Shown: positions 13,589-27,182, counted from the stretch's first letter. The stretch: 64,000 bases of DNA from Mobula hypostoma (GCF_963921235.1 NC_086097.1:232998001-233062000), one strand, 5' to 3'. Numbers and translations are program-made. The notes: generated by a model from the letters alone, not told the origin.

Positions 13589-13620
13589 GGTACATGTTCA
13601 TTAATGATGACCTGAAAATT
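13589..13620 (-). other. 3' splice site and 23-nt 5'UTR portion upstream of the KCNV1 ATG
   Basis: Minus strand AATTTTCAG|GTCATC with the exon starting at 13611; implies upstream non-coding exon(s). Confidence 0.65.
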
Positions 13621-13883
13621 AAACTGAGTTATCATCGTTACTTTCTACTAGAAAATGACTGTTGGTAACATTGGAAGGCAATCACTGAAATTTACCTTCC
13701 ACATTTTTATTGGAACATTCTAATAAAGTTAAAGTATGTTATGATAGGCACTTCATGGCATGTTTCATCACAAAGTATAAGTCACTCAAGCTATCAAACC
13801 ATTTTTCTGTGCAATACCATTTCTTCCCTACAGTGTTTCCTTTAACCTATCTTTTCTCACATGCCCATCGACTCTCTCATCCA

Positions 13884-14436
13884 CAGAATGCTGGGGGATC
13901 TCAGCAGACCAGGCAGCATCTATAGAAGAGAAAATCGTTGCTGTTTCAGGTCGAGACCCTTCTTCAGGAGTGGAAAGGAAGGGGAGGTCAGAGTACAAAG
14001 GTGGGGGGCGTGGAGGAAGAAGCACACTGTGGTAGGTGATGTCAAGCCGGGGTGGGGGCGGTGGAAAGGGTGAAGTAAGGAGCTGGAAAGTTGATTGATA
14101 AAGGGGATAAAGGACTGGAGAAGGAGGAATCTGATAGGAGTGGACAGAAGACCATGGAGAAAGGGAAGAAGGAGGAGCACCAGAGGGAGGCGATGGGCAG
14201 GTAGGGAGATAAACAGAGAGAGGAAAACAGTAATGGGCAATGGGGCTTGTTGAAGGGGGGGGCAATTACCAGAAATCGATGTTCATGCCATCAAGTTGGA
14301 GGCTACCCAGATGGAATATGAGGCATTGTTCCCTGAACCTCAGTGTGGCCTCATCGTGGCAGTAGAGAAAGCCATGGACTGACATGTTGCAATGTGAAGG
14401 AGATTCCCAGCATCAGCAGATTTTCTCGTGTTTGTA
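13884..14436 (-). mobile_element. older Penelope-like 3' fragment with short inverted end
   Basis: Same terminal sequence family, degenerate hammerhead (CTGAAGA) at about 13936-13970. TSD ACTCTC(T/C)CATCCA at 13871-13883 and 14437-14449. Confidence 0.8.
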
Positions 14437-15686
14437 ACTCTCCCATCCATACGCTCGTGGTAATTTTAAGCTGCCAATTAACCTACCTTTAGAATATGGA
14501 GCACCTGGGGGAAATCCATATTGTCTCAGACAGAATGCGTGAACAGAAAACAGACAAGTACAGAGGTCAGGACCGTACCCAGGTCACTGGATCAGAGCTA
14601 ACAGCTATTCCCCTTGTTAAAATCCAAAAATAGATTCTATGAAACACTTAATGAAATTAACATCCCCCTCCCAGTGATGTTCAAACTAATTATTTTTAAG
14701 GCTTTAAACCCTTAAGAAAATTGTGAAGGTCTCTTGTGCTACTGGCAGCTACTATGAAATAGGATGGTGACTGAGGCAATGGAGTTCTTTCCCAACAGGA
14801 TATTTCAGTTTTACAGTACAGCTTTAATGCAACTATGTTAAAACAACTCACTGCTATGTTGAGCTGTTTCAGAGTTGAATTACACTTCAATTGTACTTTT
14901 CACTGGAACACACAGAATTAATGTTCAGCCAGGATTGTTGAAAAATCTCCAGTGTGCTGACTCAGAAAGGTGTGTTTAGAGTTTTATTGTATTCCTCGGC
15001 AAAAGATTCTTCACCGACTGACATGGTTGTCGTACTTCTGAACTGCTCATCTTTGAATAATACATTACATAGTACTTGAACTTTAAAATAATTGAACGCT
15101 CGGGATATGCCACTTTCCAGTGCCAATGATTTACCATCAACACCAATAACTTCCAAGTTTATTGAACTATGTTCATACCAAGTGTGCAATGCGACTCATA
15201 TCAATTTACCCTTTCCCCCAAGGTGTTTAAAGTATTTGGCATTGCGGACTGAGGAGGCATTTTAGAGATTGTTATCACAAGAATCCAAGAGCAAAATTAA
15301 TACTTAAAAAGATATATTCCTGGGCAAGTCAAACAAAAAGAGGAAATGTGAAACAGATTTATCATCATTGATGAACTAAACCTTCAGCTGTGACTGTCTG
15401 TCCTGAATTGAGGGGAAGAAAAGATGAGAGAGATAATTGAGAAAGTTTGATTCTTGAAAACTAGTTAAAATCATCTCAATAAGTTACAAAGGAATAAAGG
15501 CCGTGAAAATAGTTAAGTAGGGCAGTGAAACAAAAGCATAAAAGCTGAAGAGAAGTAAAAAGCAAATTGCAGTGGATGCAAGGCATGGCAATGTTTCTAA
15601 TTTTAAGGTAGGTCACATGCATAATGTTACATTTTCTTTTATAGATGCAATATTGCAAATTCTCAAAAGTTGTTGGGAGTTTTAAT

Positions 15687-15886
15687 GAACACAGCAGGCC
15701 AGGCAGCATCTCTAGCAGCAGGTACAGTTGACGTTTCAGGCCAAGACCCTTCATCCTACCGAAGGGTCTCGGCCCGAAACATTGACTGTACCTCTTCCTA
15801 GAGATGCTGCCTGGCCTGCTGCGTTCACCGGCAACTTTTATGTATGTTGCTTGAAATTCCAGCATCTGCACATTTCCTCGTGTAGA
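15687..15886. mobile_element. palindromic mini-Penelope insertion
   Basis: Two inverted Penelope 3' ends joined at about 15755 within the hammerhead core. TSD AGTTTTAAT at 15678-15686 and 15887-15895. Confidence 0.85.
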
Positions 15887-18800
15887 AGTTTTAATAGCCT
15901 CTCTGAGTTTTCAATGCTGCAAGTCTAATTGATTTATTTTAGGAAGCTGTCATCACACAGGCCTTAATTTCCCAAGAGCCACTCCTTCCTAGAAATACAC
16001 AACAACTGAATCATTGAACACATGACCAAGAGTTTCAGCACAAACTGCAATATTTAACTTTTAAGAGTGAATGAAGTTGTAGGTACATTCAGACTTTGGT
16101 TTATCCAATGTTAGCAAGTTGCATTTTAATATTTGTATCATCCGGTCTTGTTACTGTCGGAAACTCCACTGTCTTCTGCTTGAAAACAATCTGTGTTTCA
16201 CATGTTCATCTGTATCGACAGAAACAAACATATTGAGATTCAAAGATCATGTATTATCAAAGTATGTAGGCAGTATATACAACCCTGAGATTTGTCTTCC
16301 CACACACTGCCATGAAACAAAGAAAACCATAGATCCCGTTTGAAGAAAATCATCAAACATCCAACATGCAAAATAAAAATCACGCAAACGGCAAAAAAAA
16401 GAGCAAGAAACACAGAATACAAAACTCCAAATCAGAAAGACATTGGAAGAGTCTGGGTATATTCAGTTCAGTTCAATGCAGCGCCACGTCTCTTGTCTGC
16501 AGTCTGCGGCACTGGTCTGCCCTGATCAAAATCGCACAAAACAGCAACAAAAAAGGCAGCAACCAAAAAGCAGATACACATCATAACATGAAATACAGAC
16601 TCAATATTAGATCCAAACAGCAAATATCCTTTTAATTTAGAGGCAAAGTAACCCTGTAATTGCTTAATAAAAGTATGTTAATTTAAAGTAAGCAAAACAA
16701 CCAAAAAAGCACGATAAACAATACTGAGTGTTTCACAGGATGCAACTCGATGGAAAACAGTAAAAACACTGAACAAACTGTAAATAGCATCTTTATTAAC
16801 ACTATGCTGAGATGAAGCACAGCAAAAGAAAACTTAGAAGTTTGCAGTAATATACGTGTTAAAGTGCATAATTATAACATATTCCTTGATTGGTTATTGG
16901 GAAATTCTAGCCAGTTAAGACCACAGTTAAGAGTTCATTGATTGATTCAGGCTGTCCAGAAACCAATAAGATAGTAGATATGTGCTCTAAATCAGTGATA
17001 ACATTTAAGCCTCATACCCACTAATCATAAACCTTGTATTGAAAAAATAATTGCAAAGGACAAGTTAATTTAAATCTGTCTCACCAGATGGCTTGGCTGC
17101 TTCAGTTATGGAGCAGATGCTAATGCCACATTTTAAGCTGTGGAGAAGAGTTATGATATCTCCACACTGTGACAAAAACATAGCAAAGAACACTAAGTTT
17201 TAACTGTTAATTGCCTTCAATTTTATTTTATGCATTCCATTCTGCTGACCTTTTGATCTTCTAAATTCACATTTGGCAACTCATTAGCATTCTGCACACC
17301 TTTCATTGACAGCTCTTATCCAAAAATAATACTGAGCAAACATTTAGCCAGTTCCTCTGAGTCAAAGAAGTTTTGCTTGCATTCCACTTCTGCAATTCCA
17401 TAACTAAAGGAGTGGTGAAATGAGATTTAGTGAGACATTACAGAAGTGAACAGGAATAATATTTGAATGAGAAAATGTTAAAAGTGAAGTAGTCATCAGA
17501 CAAATGTTGGCTGTGTATTCCTCTCCATTGATATTGCCTGAAACGCTGACTTCCTACAGCATTTTGTGTTTATTGTTCTAGCTTTCCAGCATCCACAGAA
17601 TCTCTTGTGTTTGTGGCAAAATAATGTTGGGGATAAAAAAAATAGTGAGAATAATTGCTTAGGCCTTAGAAAGACTGGCACAGGTTTGACAGACTGAATT
17701 CTATATTTAGTAATTCCGTGATTCATAATTATACCCTTAAGTTCATGCTTCTCTCCAGGAATACAAATATTTTTCTGTTAGCTACTGTAGATCTTTACAG
17801 ATTTCAAATATTTAGCAACAGAGATGACACAGAAGCTTAAAAATTCTTTTTTATAACTTTGAAGAGAATATTGCAGTTTAAATTCAGTTCAATTTGAAGG
17901 TGCAGTGACATTTCAGGTCTCACAGCATCTAGTGGGAAATTGAACTCCTGACTGTTGGACAGGATCTAGTTAGAACAAGACATTTTTTTTTCTGGCCCAT
18001 TGCTTTCCCAGCTGACATCAACAACACAATATCTAATGTTTACAGTCAGCAAGATTTGCAACCTCAGTGGTATGAGAAATGGCAATTTGTACTTATTCAC
18101 TGAGCATCCATCTTTTACAGATTTCATTTTCCTCAAACCACGCTATTCTAAGTAACTTCTTTGACATGGACTGAGATCTGTGCTCTCTTGTTCCTTGACA
18201 GCTTTCCCAGTGGTGATCAGGGTCATATTATTTTCAGCTTCCTGGCCTCAGAATCATTCCATGCTATTGCCACATCTCTCCGACACAGTTTGCTGCATTC
18301 GGCCACAGGCATGATTAGGAATTTCATTCAACCTCTGTACTCAAGGAGAAAGGATTGCCACTAATTTCCCTTTAACTCCTTAGAAGACTGCTATTGCAGT
18401 ATTCTTCAAAGCGCAAGTACACTTGCTTGTTTTCATGTGAGGCATTTAGACTTTCTTATAGATCGAGGGGTCCCTGCCAATATCATGCCTTCTGTAAATA
18501 TCATTCTTCACTATCCTGGCCAGCCTTTGCTGACTCCTGGGATCATCTTCCCTTCTTTTTCCAATCCACCCTTGAATTAGCTTCACTTTCAGGTAGCTAA
18601 GAGTGTACTGTTTATTTTGCACACACATCCATTTACGGGGTGGCTGCCAAGATCGCAGCTGAAAGTCTGAGTGCTGGCAGCTTTGAGAACTTCCAATTGA
18701 AGAATACTCCAAAATCATCACACCATGGGGAAATCACAACAGTGTTCTAGGAATTTCATAACTGAAGTACATGATTCTTCCGGGACTTCTAAGAAAGCTT

Positions 18801-21139
18801 TAATGTGATAGACAAAACTGTCAGCATTAAAAAGTAACTTCAAGGCCAAACAATATTCGTCTTTTAAAATTAATTAGTGATACCCTATCATAGTGGCAAG
18901 TGAAACAATAAGTTATTTTCATGGTACTCTGTCTATTTCCAACATTGTAAGTAAAGTTACAGCTGGGAGAATGGAGTGTTCTTGGAAGATTGCAGGAACA
19001 GAGAATGTTAAGGACACAAGGATGGGGATAGCACTTAAGATTTAAAACTTGAGAGTAAGCATTTAAAATGTGAGACAGCTAGACCAGGAGGTGAAATGGT
19101 TTAATGAGCAGTGATACAATAAACAGTCTGTGGTTCCAGCAACAATGAATGCAATTCTCTGAAGTGAATATATCACAATATCTCAGCATAACCAAGTTTC
19201 ACATAATCACAATATTGAGTAGTTTGTATCAAGCTTGTAACTGCACTAGGAGTTGGCAAGGTATTGACCACATATATAAATTATCTCTCTGGATTACTTT
19301 ATGTGAGGTCCTGATTTCTAAAAGGAGGAAGGAACTTTTGTTCATTAAATTTTCCTGATTTGTAAACTTTTATCTTTTCAGCAAGATTTACAATAGACTA
19401 TTCAGCCATTGTCAATAATATAGAGATATCTCATTTAAATCCCAGCTAAGTAGGTACTATTTGCAAGTAACACTTTAATAACAAGAGGACTGAAATGTCA
19501 CTTGTCAAGGCTTTAAATTTTCTTGTATCTATGTCTGCAGTGTGGTTTTGAGCAGTTAATTTTCAAATAGGCATTAAACCAGAACAGATGATGCATAATG
19601 AAGTATAAAGATTAGCTTTATTTGTCAATTGTACATTAAAATACCAAAACAGACAGTGAAATGCATCAATGAGGAACACAGATCGAGGATTAAGCTGGGG
19701 CAGCACGCAACTGTCGCCATGGTTACAGCATCAACGTAGCATACCCATAAATCTCTAACCTTAACTGCAGGTCTTTGGAATGTGGGAAGAAACCAGATTA
19801 CTCGGTGGAAACCCACATGTTCATGAGGAGAACGTACACGTTTTACACTCAGTGGTAGGAATTGAACCCCCTTGGTGATCTCTGGCATTGTAAAGTGATT
19901 GTCCAAACTGCTATGCTACCACGCAGGGAAGCCTGAAGCCGGAAATTGAGGTGGGGACTGAGGCTGCAGCAGGTGACTGAAGGGGCACAATGCAATGAAT
20001 GAGAAAAATATTCTCCTTGAGGAGGAAGTCCTAAATATGATTCATAAAACATTCACTGATGATATTAACAGCAAATATCATGGATGTAGGACTTGAGGGA
20101 GCCTAAGACCGGAAGACATAGCTTCAGAATAGAGGGACGTCCATTTAGAACGGAGATGAGGATGATTTTCCTTAGCCAGAGAGGGTGAATGTGTGGAATT
20201 CATTGCCATAGTCGACTGTGAAGGCCAAGTCATTGGCTACATTTAAGGCAGAGGCTGACAGAGTCTTGATTAGTTAGGGCACGAAGGGACACATGAAGAA
20301 GGCAGGATATTGGGACCAAGAGGGAAAATGGATCAGCCATGATGAAATGGCGGAGCAGAGTCGATGGGCCAAATTGCCTAATTCTGTTCCGATATCTTAT
20401 GGTCTTATGTATCCAATGTGAATATAATTTGATTAATTCCACAGGAGTACAGGAGCAATAGCTGGCACTGATGGGGATAGAAGTTCAAATCCACTTCTAT
20501 TCAATCCGACTTAATAATTAGTATCTGCACTGCAAATTCAATACAAAACATTCTTTTAAAATTATGAAATTCAGTCAGCTTCAATTATTAGGTAAACAAT
20601 ACACCATTCACTGTGACCTTTCTCTCAGCATCTCACTGAAACTGTCACCGGTGTTCTTTACAGAAATTAGTGCTCTGCTATTTTCATACAGGATAGTACA
20701 AGGGTTTTTAAGGTGAGAATCTTGATAAAACAAACGGTTGCAACACACTCTAACAACTCTCAGTAATGTACTCAAATAGTTACGTTTATTTCTAGGGCAC
20801 CAGCATAAGGAAAAATTTAAGCAATCCTCAAATCTCTTTTTTTCGCTTATCTTGAGCTGTACTGAAAATGACTTGGAGGAGGCAATCTTCCCCTTTGGGT
20901 TCATGTCGGCTCCCAAATCTCATCAATGCTTTTGCCCCATTTCATTTCTCTATACCCCGTTCAACTTGTTCTCTCATGCACTGATCAATTCCCCTTTGAT
21001 TCTTTTTGTCATTAACCTGCAATAATGGGCAAGCTACAGTAGTCAATTAACCAAGCAACACATCTTTGGGATGTCAGGGGACACTGGATCACCTGCAGGA
21101 ATCCTACACAGCTATGGGAGAATATATGGTAGGATTTTA

Positions 21140-21468
21140 GAACATAGAACATAGAATAGTAGAGCACAGTACAGGCCCTTCGGCCCACAATGTTGTGCCG
21201 ACCCTCAAACCCTGCCTCCCATATAAGCCCCCACCTTAAATTCCTCCATATACCTGTCTAATAGTCTCTTAAACTTCACTAGTGTATCTGCCTCCACCAC
21301 TGACTCAGGCAGTGCATTCCACGCACCAACCACTCTCTGAGTAAAGAACCTTCCTCTAATGTCCCCCTTGAACTTCCCACCCCTTACCTTAAAGCCATGT
21401 CCTCTTGTATTGAGCAGTGGTGCCCCAGGGAAGAGGCGCTGGCTATCCACTCTATTTATTCCTCTTAT
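21140..21468 (-). mobile_element. CR1 3' end
   Basis: FFTQRVVGAWNALP motif; (TTCTATG)n-type tail. Confidence 0.88.
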
Positions 21469-24387
21469 TCACGTTTTGTGAATAAACCGTGTGAGAGTCA
21501 TTTTAGAATTCATCAAATCCAGCATCATATGTCTGTCTGGTGCTCATACATGCCCACACGGCTCAGTTCCTATGTTCCTTGGTTGGAGTAACAGCAGGTA
21601 CCTCTGGCTCGTCCAGGGGTATGTTGACACACATATGGTCATGTCATGATGCAGGGGGTATGGTAGTGCAACTATCCGGGTCTTGGTGGGTCAGTTTAAG
21701 GCAATCTATGGAAATACATTCAGGTTTACCCTTCTTGCCTACGATTGAAGTCTTTTTGCTCCTTTCCAAAATGCAGAACAGGCCATCATAAGGGCACCTA
21801 TGGGGTGCTGATGTGCACAATGGTGGTCAAAAACGATCAAAGTAGAACATAGGTCAACTGGAACTCAAGAGTGCTGTACGTAATGCCCCAGAATTGTGTT
21901 AAGGAGTTGTGTTTATTGATGAGGGTGGAATGCTGTTGGGATGCCAACCAAGCAGTCATAGTGTCAGGAATAAAATCACCTGGCACCCATAGCGGCTGCC
22001 CGTACACCAACCCCGCCAAGGATAACTGCAAGTCCTCTTTTGGAGCCGTTCTGGGCCCCAGCAGGACCTAGGAAGGACAATCATGCCATCAGGGACACCT
22101 TCAGAGCAGTCTTTAAGGAGCAGTGAAACTGCTCACACAGGCCGTTGGACTGCAAGTGATACATCATGGTGTGATGCAATTTTACGCCGAGGTTCTGGGC
22201 CATTGTGGCACAGAGGTCTGGTGTGAATTAAGGATTGCAGTTGGAGGAAATATCGGATGGGTGGCTGCTGAGCGGAGCAACCCAGGCGTTGACGAATGCC
22301 CGAGCCTTGTCCGTGGCCTTCGTTGACGCTATAAGGACAACCTCTGGTGGTGCTGTCCACCAGGGTAAGGAGATGCATGAATCCATGGTGTTTAAGGTGT
22401 GGGAGGAGGACTAATCAGGTCCACACTGACGCGGTGAAACCATTGCTCAGGGACCTCGAAAGATGCCGATGGTCCTTGAATGCGACAGTTAACTTTTGCC
22501 TGCTGACACACAGCACAGGCTGCACTCCAGTCTTGTACGTCTTTCCTAAGGCCATGCCACACAAACTTTAGAGCAACCAGTATCTGTGAAGCCTTCATGC
22601 AGGAATGCGAGAGGCATTGAATGGAGTTAAAAACAGTACACCTCCAATTTGCAGGCACTATGGGGCAAGGGCGACTGGTTGAGAGAAACGCCTGCGCCCC
22701 GTGACTGCTGTCCTGCGAGCCTGGACCTCTGGGTTGGTAGCTTGCTGCACGCTGGTATAGTCAACTCTACTTGTGTATGGCAGCAACGGCGGGTGGTGAG
22801 AAGCAAGCAGCCACAGGAGGAATTTTTCCTTTGTGTTGACGTATGTCAGTAGTGAATTCTGAAATGTAGCTTTGCTGCTGTGTAGACCAAGGCTTTTTCC
22901 GTGCCATGCATGAGGGGTTTGGGGTTAATGAACGCTGTGAAAAGTGACCCTCCAGTAGAAAATGAAAATGCTGGACAGCCAGATAATGTGGGCAGGAGAA
23001 AGTCCATAGCAGCAGAGACTTTTGATGGCAGAGATGTCACACTTTCTGTGAAGATGTGGTGGCAGAGAAAGTCAATGGTAGACAACTCAAAATGGCATTT
23101 AGTGGGGTTAATAATCAGCCCATGTTGGCTTAAGTGCTTGAAAAGTGTGCAGAGATGTGATAACTATTTGGATTTGGATGTGCTGGTGACAAGTATGTCA
23201 TTCAGGTAAACAAAAAGAAAATCTAAGTCTTTTAACATAGAGTCTTTTAGTCGCTGCTGCATTTTTCAGCCTAAACAGCATGTGCAGAAACTCAAATAAA
23301 CCTAACAGGGTTATAACAGCAGTTTTGGGAATATCCTCAGTACACACAAGCACCTGATGGTACTCTCGACTAAGTCCACTTCAGAAAAAATTATCTTTCC
23401 AGCTCAATGTGCCAAAAAGTCTTGACTATGTGGAGCTAGGTGATGATCCGGGGTGATGTTTTCATTAAGGTGGTGGTAATGTCCACATGGACAGTAACCA
23501 CCGTCGGGTTGAAGGGTCATATGGAGGGGTGAAGCCGAGTCGGTATTTGACCTGTGTACAATGCCAACAAACTCAGCCTTCTTCTGGCAGCACATTCTCT
23601 TGAGTGCTTGTGTCACACAGGAAGTGTCGCCCTGAAAACGTCACCGTAGTGAACAATAGATGACCATTGCCGCTAGAACCCAGGGTGTCACAGACCTCCC
23701 ATGTCCCGATGTGCTGGCGCTGTCAAAGCTGCACGGTGGTTGGTACTTAGCATGTGTGCCGAAATTTTTCTGGTAAAAACATAGGTCCAGTTTTGTCAGG
23801 TTTGGAGCCACAGGCATAAGTCCGTAGGAGACTCTGCTGACAGGGAAGGGAGGAGGAAAAATGCATTTCTGCCTGGCTGAGTGTAGACTATCGGCCATTT
23901 TAGCAAGCTCCCTATAGTGCTTCACAGGTGTATCAATGAAGGCTGAGTGAACTTGATCCGGCATTTGTTGCATAATGAGTTTTTTAAAGATAAAACAAAG
24001 ATGGTGATTGCCCAGGAGAGGTAGCATATGGTCTATTTGTCCCGAAGGTCTACCCTCACCTAGGCCAGGCAAGGAGAGCAACAATTTGGCGTGCTCAGTC
24101 TCAGACAGTCCAAAAGTCTGTAATAAGTGAGATTTCAGTGACATTTTTATCACATACAGGTGGATCTTCCAGTAGATTCACCAGACTGGCTGCAGTGGAA
24201 CTACTTAGCGATGCTACAATGTAGTAGAATTTGGTATTGTTCACATTGATTTCTCACAGCGCAAACTGGGCTTTTGCCTTGGTGCAAACCATGTTGTGGT
24301 GTGCTGCTCCCCAAACTCTAGCAGTTTCAAAGCAACTGTGTTTGCCGACATGTCGTTGAGTATCTCCAGAGGTCATAAGAGAGCTTA

Positions 24388-26897
24388 AGGTTAAGGAACC
24401 CTTAGGGAACAGTGATCACATTATGATCGAGTTCACTTTGAAATTTGAGAAGGAGAAACTAAAATCCAATGTGTCGGTATTTCAGTGGAATAAAGGAAAT
24501 TACAATGGCGTGAGAGGGGAACTGGCCAAGGTTGGCTGGAAAGAGACACCAGCAGGAAGGACAGCAGAGCAGCAATGACTGGAGTTTCTGCGAAAAATGA
24601 GGGAAGTGCACAACAGATACATTCCAAATAAGAATAAATTTTCGAATGGAAGAAGGACACAACCGTGGCTGAAGTCAAAGCCAAAGTAAAAGCAAAAGAG
24701 AGAGCATACAAGAAAGCCAAAGCTAGTGGGAAGATAGGAGATTGGGAAGCTTTTAAAAACTTGCAGAAGGAAACTAAGAAGGCCACTAGGAAGGAAAAGA
24801 TGAATTATGAAAGGAAGATGGTGACTAATATCAAAGCTTTTTTGGGGTACATAAAGGGTAAAGGAGAGTTGAGGGGAGATATAGGACCAATACAAAATGA
24901 TGCTGGAGATATTGCTGTCAGAGATGCAGAGATGGCAGAGGAACTGAATGCATATTTTGCATCAGTCTTCACAGTGGAACACGTATGCAGTATACCGGAC
25001 ATTCCAGAGAGTCAGGGAAGTGAAGTTTGTGCAGTGAAAATTACGACTGAGAAGGTGCTCAGAAAGCTTAATGGTCTGAGGATAAATAAATCTCCTGGAC
25101 CTGATGGAATGCACCCTCGGGTTCTGAAGGAAGTAACTGGAGAGATTGCGGAGGCATTAACAATGAGCTTTCGAGAATCGATGGATTCTGGCATTGTACT
25201 GGATGACTGGAAAATTACAAATGTTACTCCACTATTTAAGAAGGGTGGGAGGTAGCAGAAAGGAAACTATAGACCTGTTAGCCTGACATCAGTGGTTGGG
25301 AAGTTGTTGGAGTCAATTGTTAGGGATGAGATTATGGAGTACCTGGAGGCACATGACAAGATAGGCCAAAACCAGCATGGTTTCCCAAAAAGGAAAATCC
25401 TGCTTGACTGACCTACTCAACAGGAATTCTGCAGATGCTGGAAATTCAAGCAACACACATAAAAGTTGCTGGTGAACGCAGCAGGCCAGGCAGCATCTCT
25501 AGGAAGAGGTGCAGTCGACGTTTCAGGCCGAGACCCTTCGTCAGGCCTTGGCCTGAAACGTCGACTGCACCTCTTCCTAGAGATGCTGCCTGGCCTGCTG
25601 CGTTCACCAGCAACTTTTATGTGTGTTGCTTGACTAACCTACTGCAATTTTTTGAGGAAATTACAAGCAGGGTAGAGAAAGGAGATGTAGTAGATGTGAT
25701 GTACTTGGATTTTCAGAAGGCCTTTGACAAGGTGCTGCACGTGAGGCCGCTGTGCAAGATGAGATCCCATGGAATTACAGGGGAGGTACTAGCATTGGCT
25801 GGATTGGCAGGAAACACAGAGTGGGAATGAAGGGATCCTATTTCAGCTGGCTGCTGGTTACCAGTGGAGTTCCACAAGGGTCAGTGTTGGGACCGCTGCT
25901 TTTTACGATGTATGTCAATGATTTGGACTATGGGATTAATGAACTTGTGGCTAAATTTGCCGATGATACAAAGATAGGTGGAGGAGCGGGTAGTTTTGAG
26001 GAAACAGAGAGCCTGCAGAGAGACTTAGATAATTTAGGGGAATGGGCAAAGAAGTGGCAAATGAAATGCAATGTTGGAAAGTGTATGGTCATACACTTTG
26101 GTGGAAGAAATAAACAGGCAGACTATTATTTAGACGAGGAGAGAAGTCAAAATGCAGAGATGCAAAGGGACTTGGGAGTCCTTGTGCAGGAACCCCTAAA
26201 GGTTAACCTCCAGGCTGAGTCGGTGGTGAAGAAGGCGAATGCAATGTTGACATTCATTTCTAGAGGTACAGAATATAAGAACAGGAATGTGATGTTGAGG
26301 CTCTATAAGGCATTCGTGTGACCACACTTGGAGCATTGTGTGCAATTTTGGGCTCCTTATTTTAGAAAGGATATACTGACATTGGAGAGGGTTCAGAGAA
26401 GATTCACGAGAATGATTCCAGGAATGAAAGGATTACCATATGATGAACATCTGGCAGTCTTGGGCTGTATTCCCAGAGATCAGGAGAATGAGGGGGGGAT
26501 GTCATAGAAACATTCCGAATGTTAAAAGGCCTGAACAGATTAGGTATGTCAAAGTTATTTCCCATGGTAGGGGAGCCTAGGACAAGAGGACACGACTTCA
26601 GGATTGAAGGACATCCATTTGGAACAGAGATGCAGAGAAAATACTTTAGTCAGAGGGTGGTAAATCTTTGGAATTTGTTGCCACTAGTGGTTGTGGAGGC
26701 CAAGTCATTGGGTGCATTTAGGGCAGAGATAGATAGGTTCTTGATTAGCCAGAGTATCAAAGGGTCTGGGGAGAAGGCAGGGGAGTGGGGATGACTGGAA
26801 GAATTTGGATCAGTCCATGGTTGAATGGTGGAGCAAATTCGATCAGCTGAATGGCCCACTTCTGCTCCTGTGTCTTATGGTCTTCTGGTCTTATGGA
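24388..26897 (+). mobile_element. CR1 LINE ORF2 3' portion, pseudogenised
   Basis: KSPGPDGMHPRVLKE, YLDFQKAFDKV, GVPQGSVLGP and KFADD; (TCTTATGG)n-type tail. Confidence 0.92.
25418..25633. mobile_element. palindromic mini-Penelope insertion inside a CR1
   Basis: Perfect 84-bp inverted repeat 25446-25529 / 25550-25633. Hammerhead core on the minus strand. Flanked by TGCTTGACT(G/A)ACCTACT duplication. Confidence 0.9.
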
Positions 26898-26908
26898 ATC
26901 GACTGAGA

Positions 26909-26923
26909 ACGTGGGGATCGCCA
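26909..26923 (-). other. primer-binding site, tRNA-Trp type
   Basis: TGGCGATCCCCACGT directly after the LTR; 12/15 match to TGGTGACCCCGACGT, the complement of the tRNA-Trp 3' end. Confidence 0.72.
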
Positions 26924-27182
26924 ACGTAAGATTTTGTGAATAAAACATGCGAGAGTCGTTCTATGTGCGCAACAAAGCCACGGTCCTTTACTTCCATGAT
27001 AAACAAAATCAAAAGCAGCTGCTTTGCGCTGATGTCATTACATCAGACACCATCTCTCAAAGTGAAGACAGCATCTCAATAACAATGTTTGTGACTTATG
27101 AACATAGCCATTTTGCCTTTAGAACTGTAATTGACTTACTTCATGAATTTATCATTTATTTATATAATTTTTCTCCTTGATT

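Larger units (their letters stand above)
21470..27084 (-). mobile_element. decayed Gypsy LTR retrotransposon (CsRn1-like), interrupted by a CR1 at about 24388-26897
   Basis: Gag start MSANTVALKLLEF near 24351; gag ORF 23641-24153; RT-like SPLHMTLQPDGGYCPCGHY; integrase-like FHRVSVDLISP and HLLTLVDSTTR. About 160-bp LTR at 26925-27084 starting TG; 3' LTR remnant at about 21472-21505. Confidence 0.82.
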
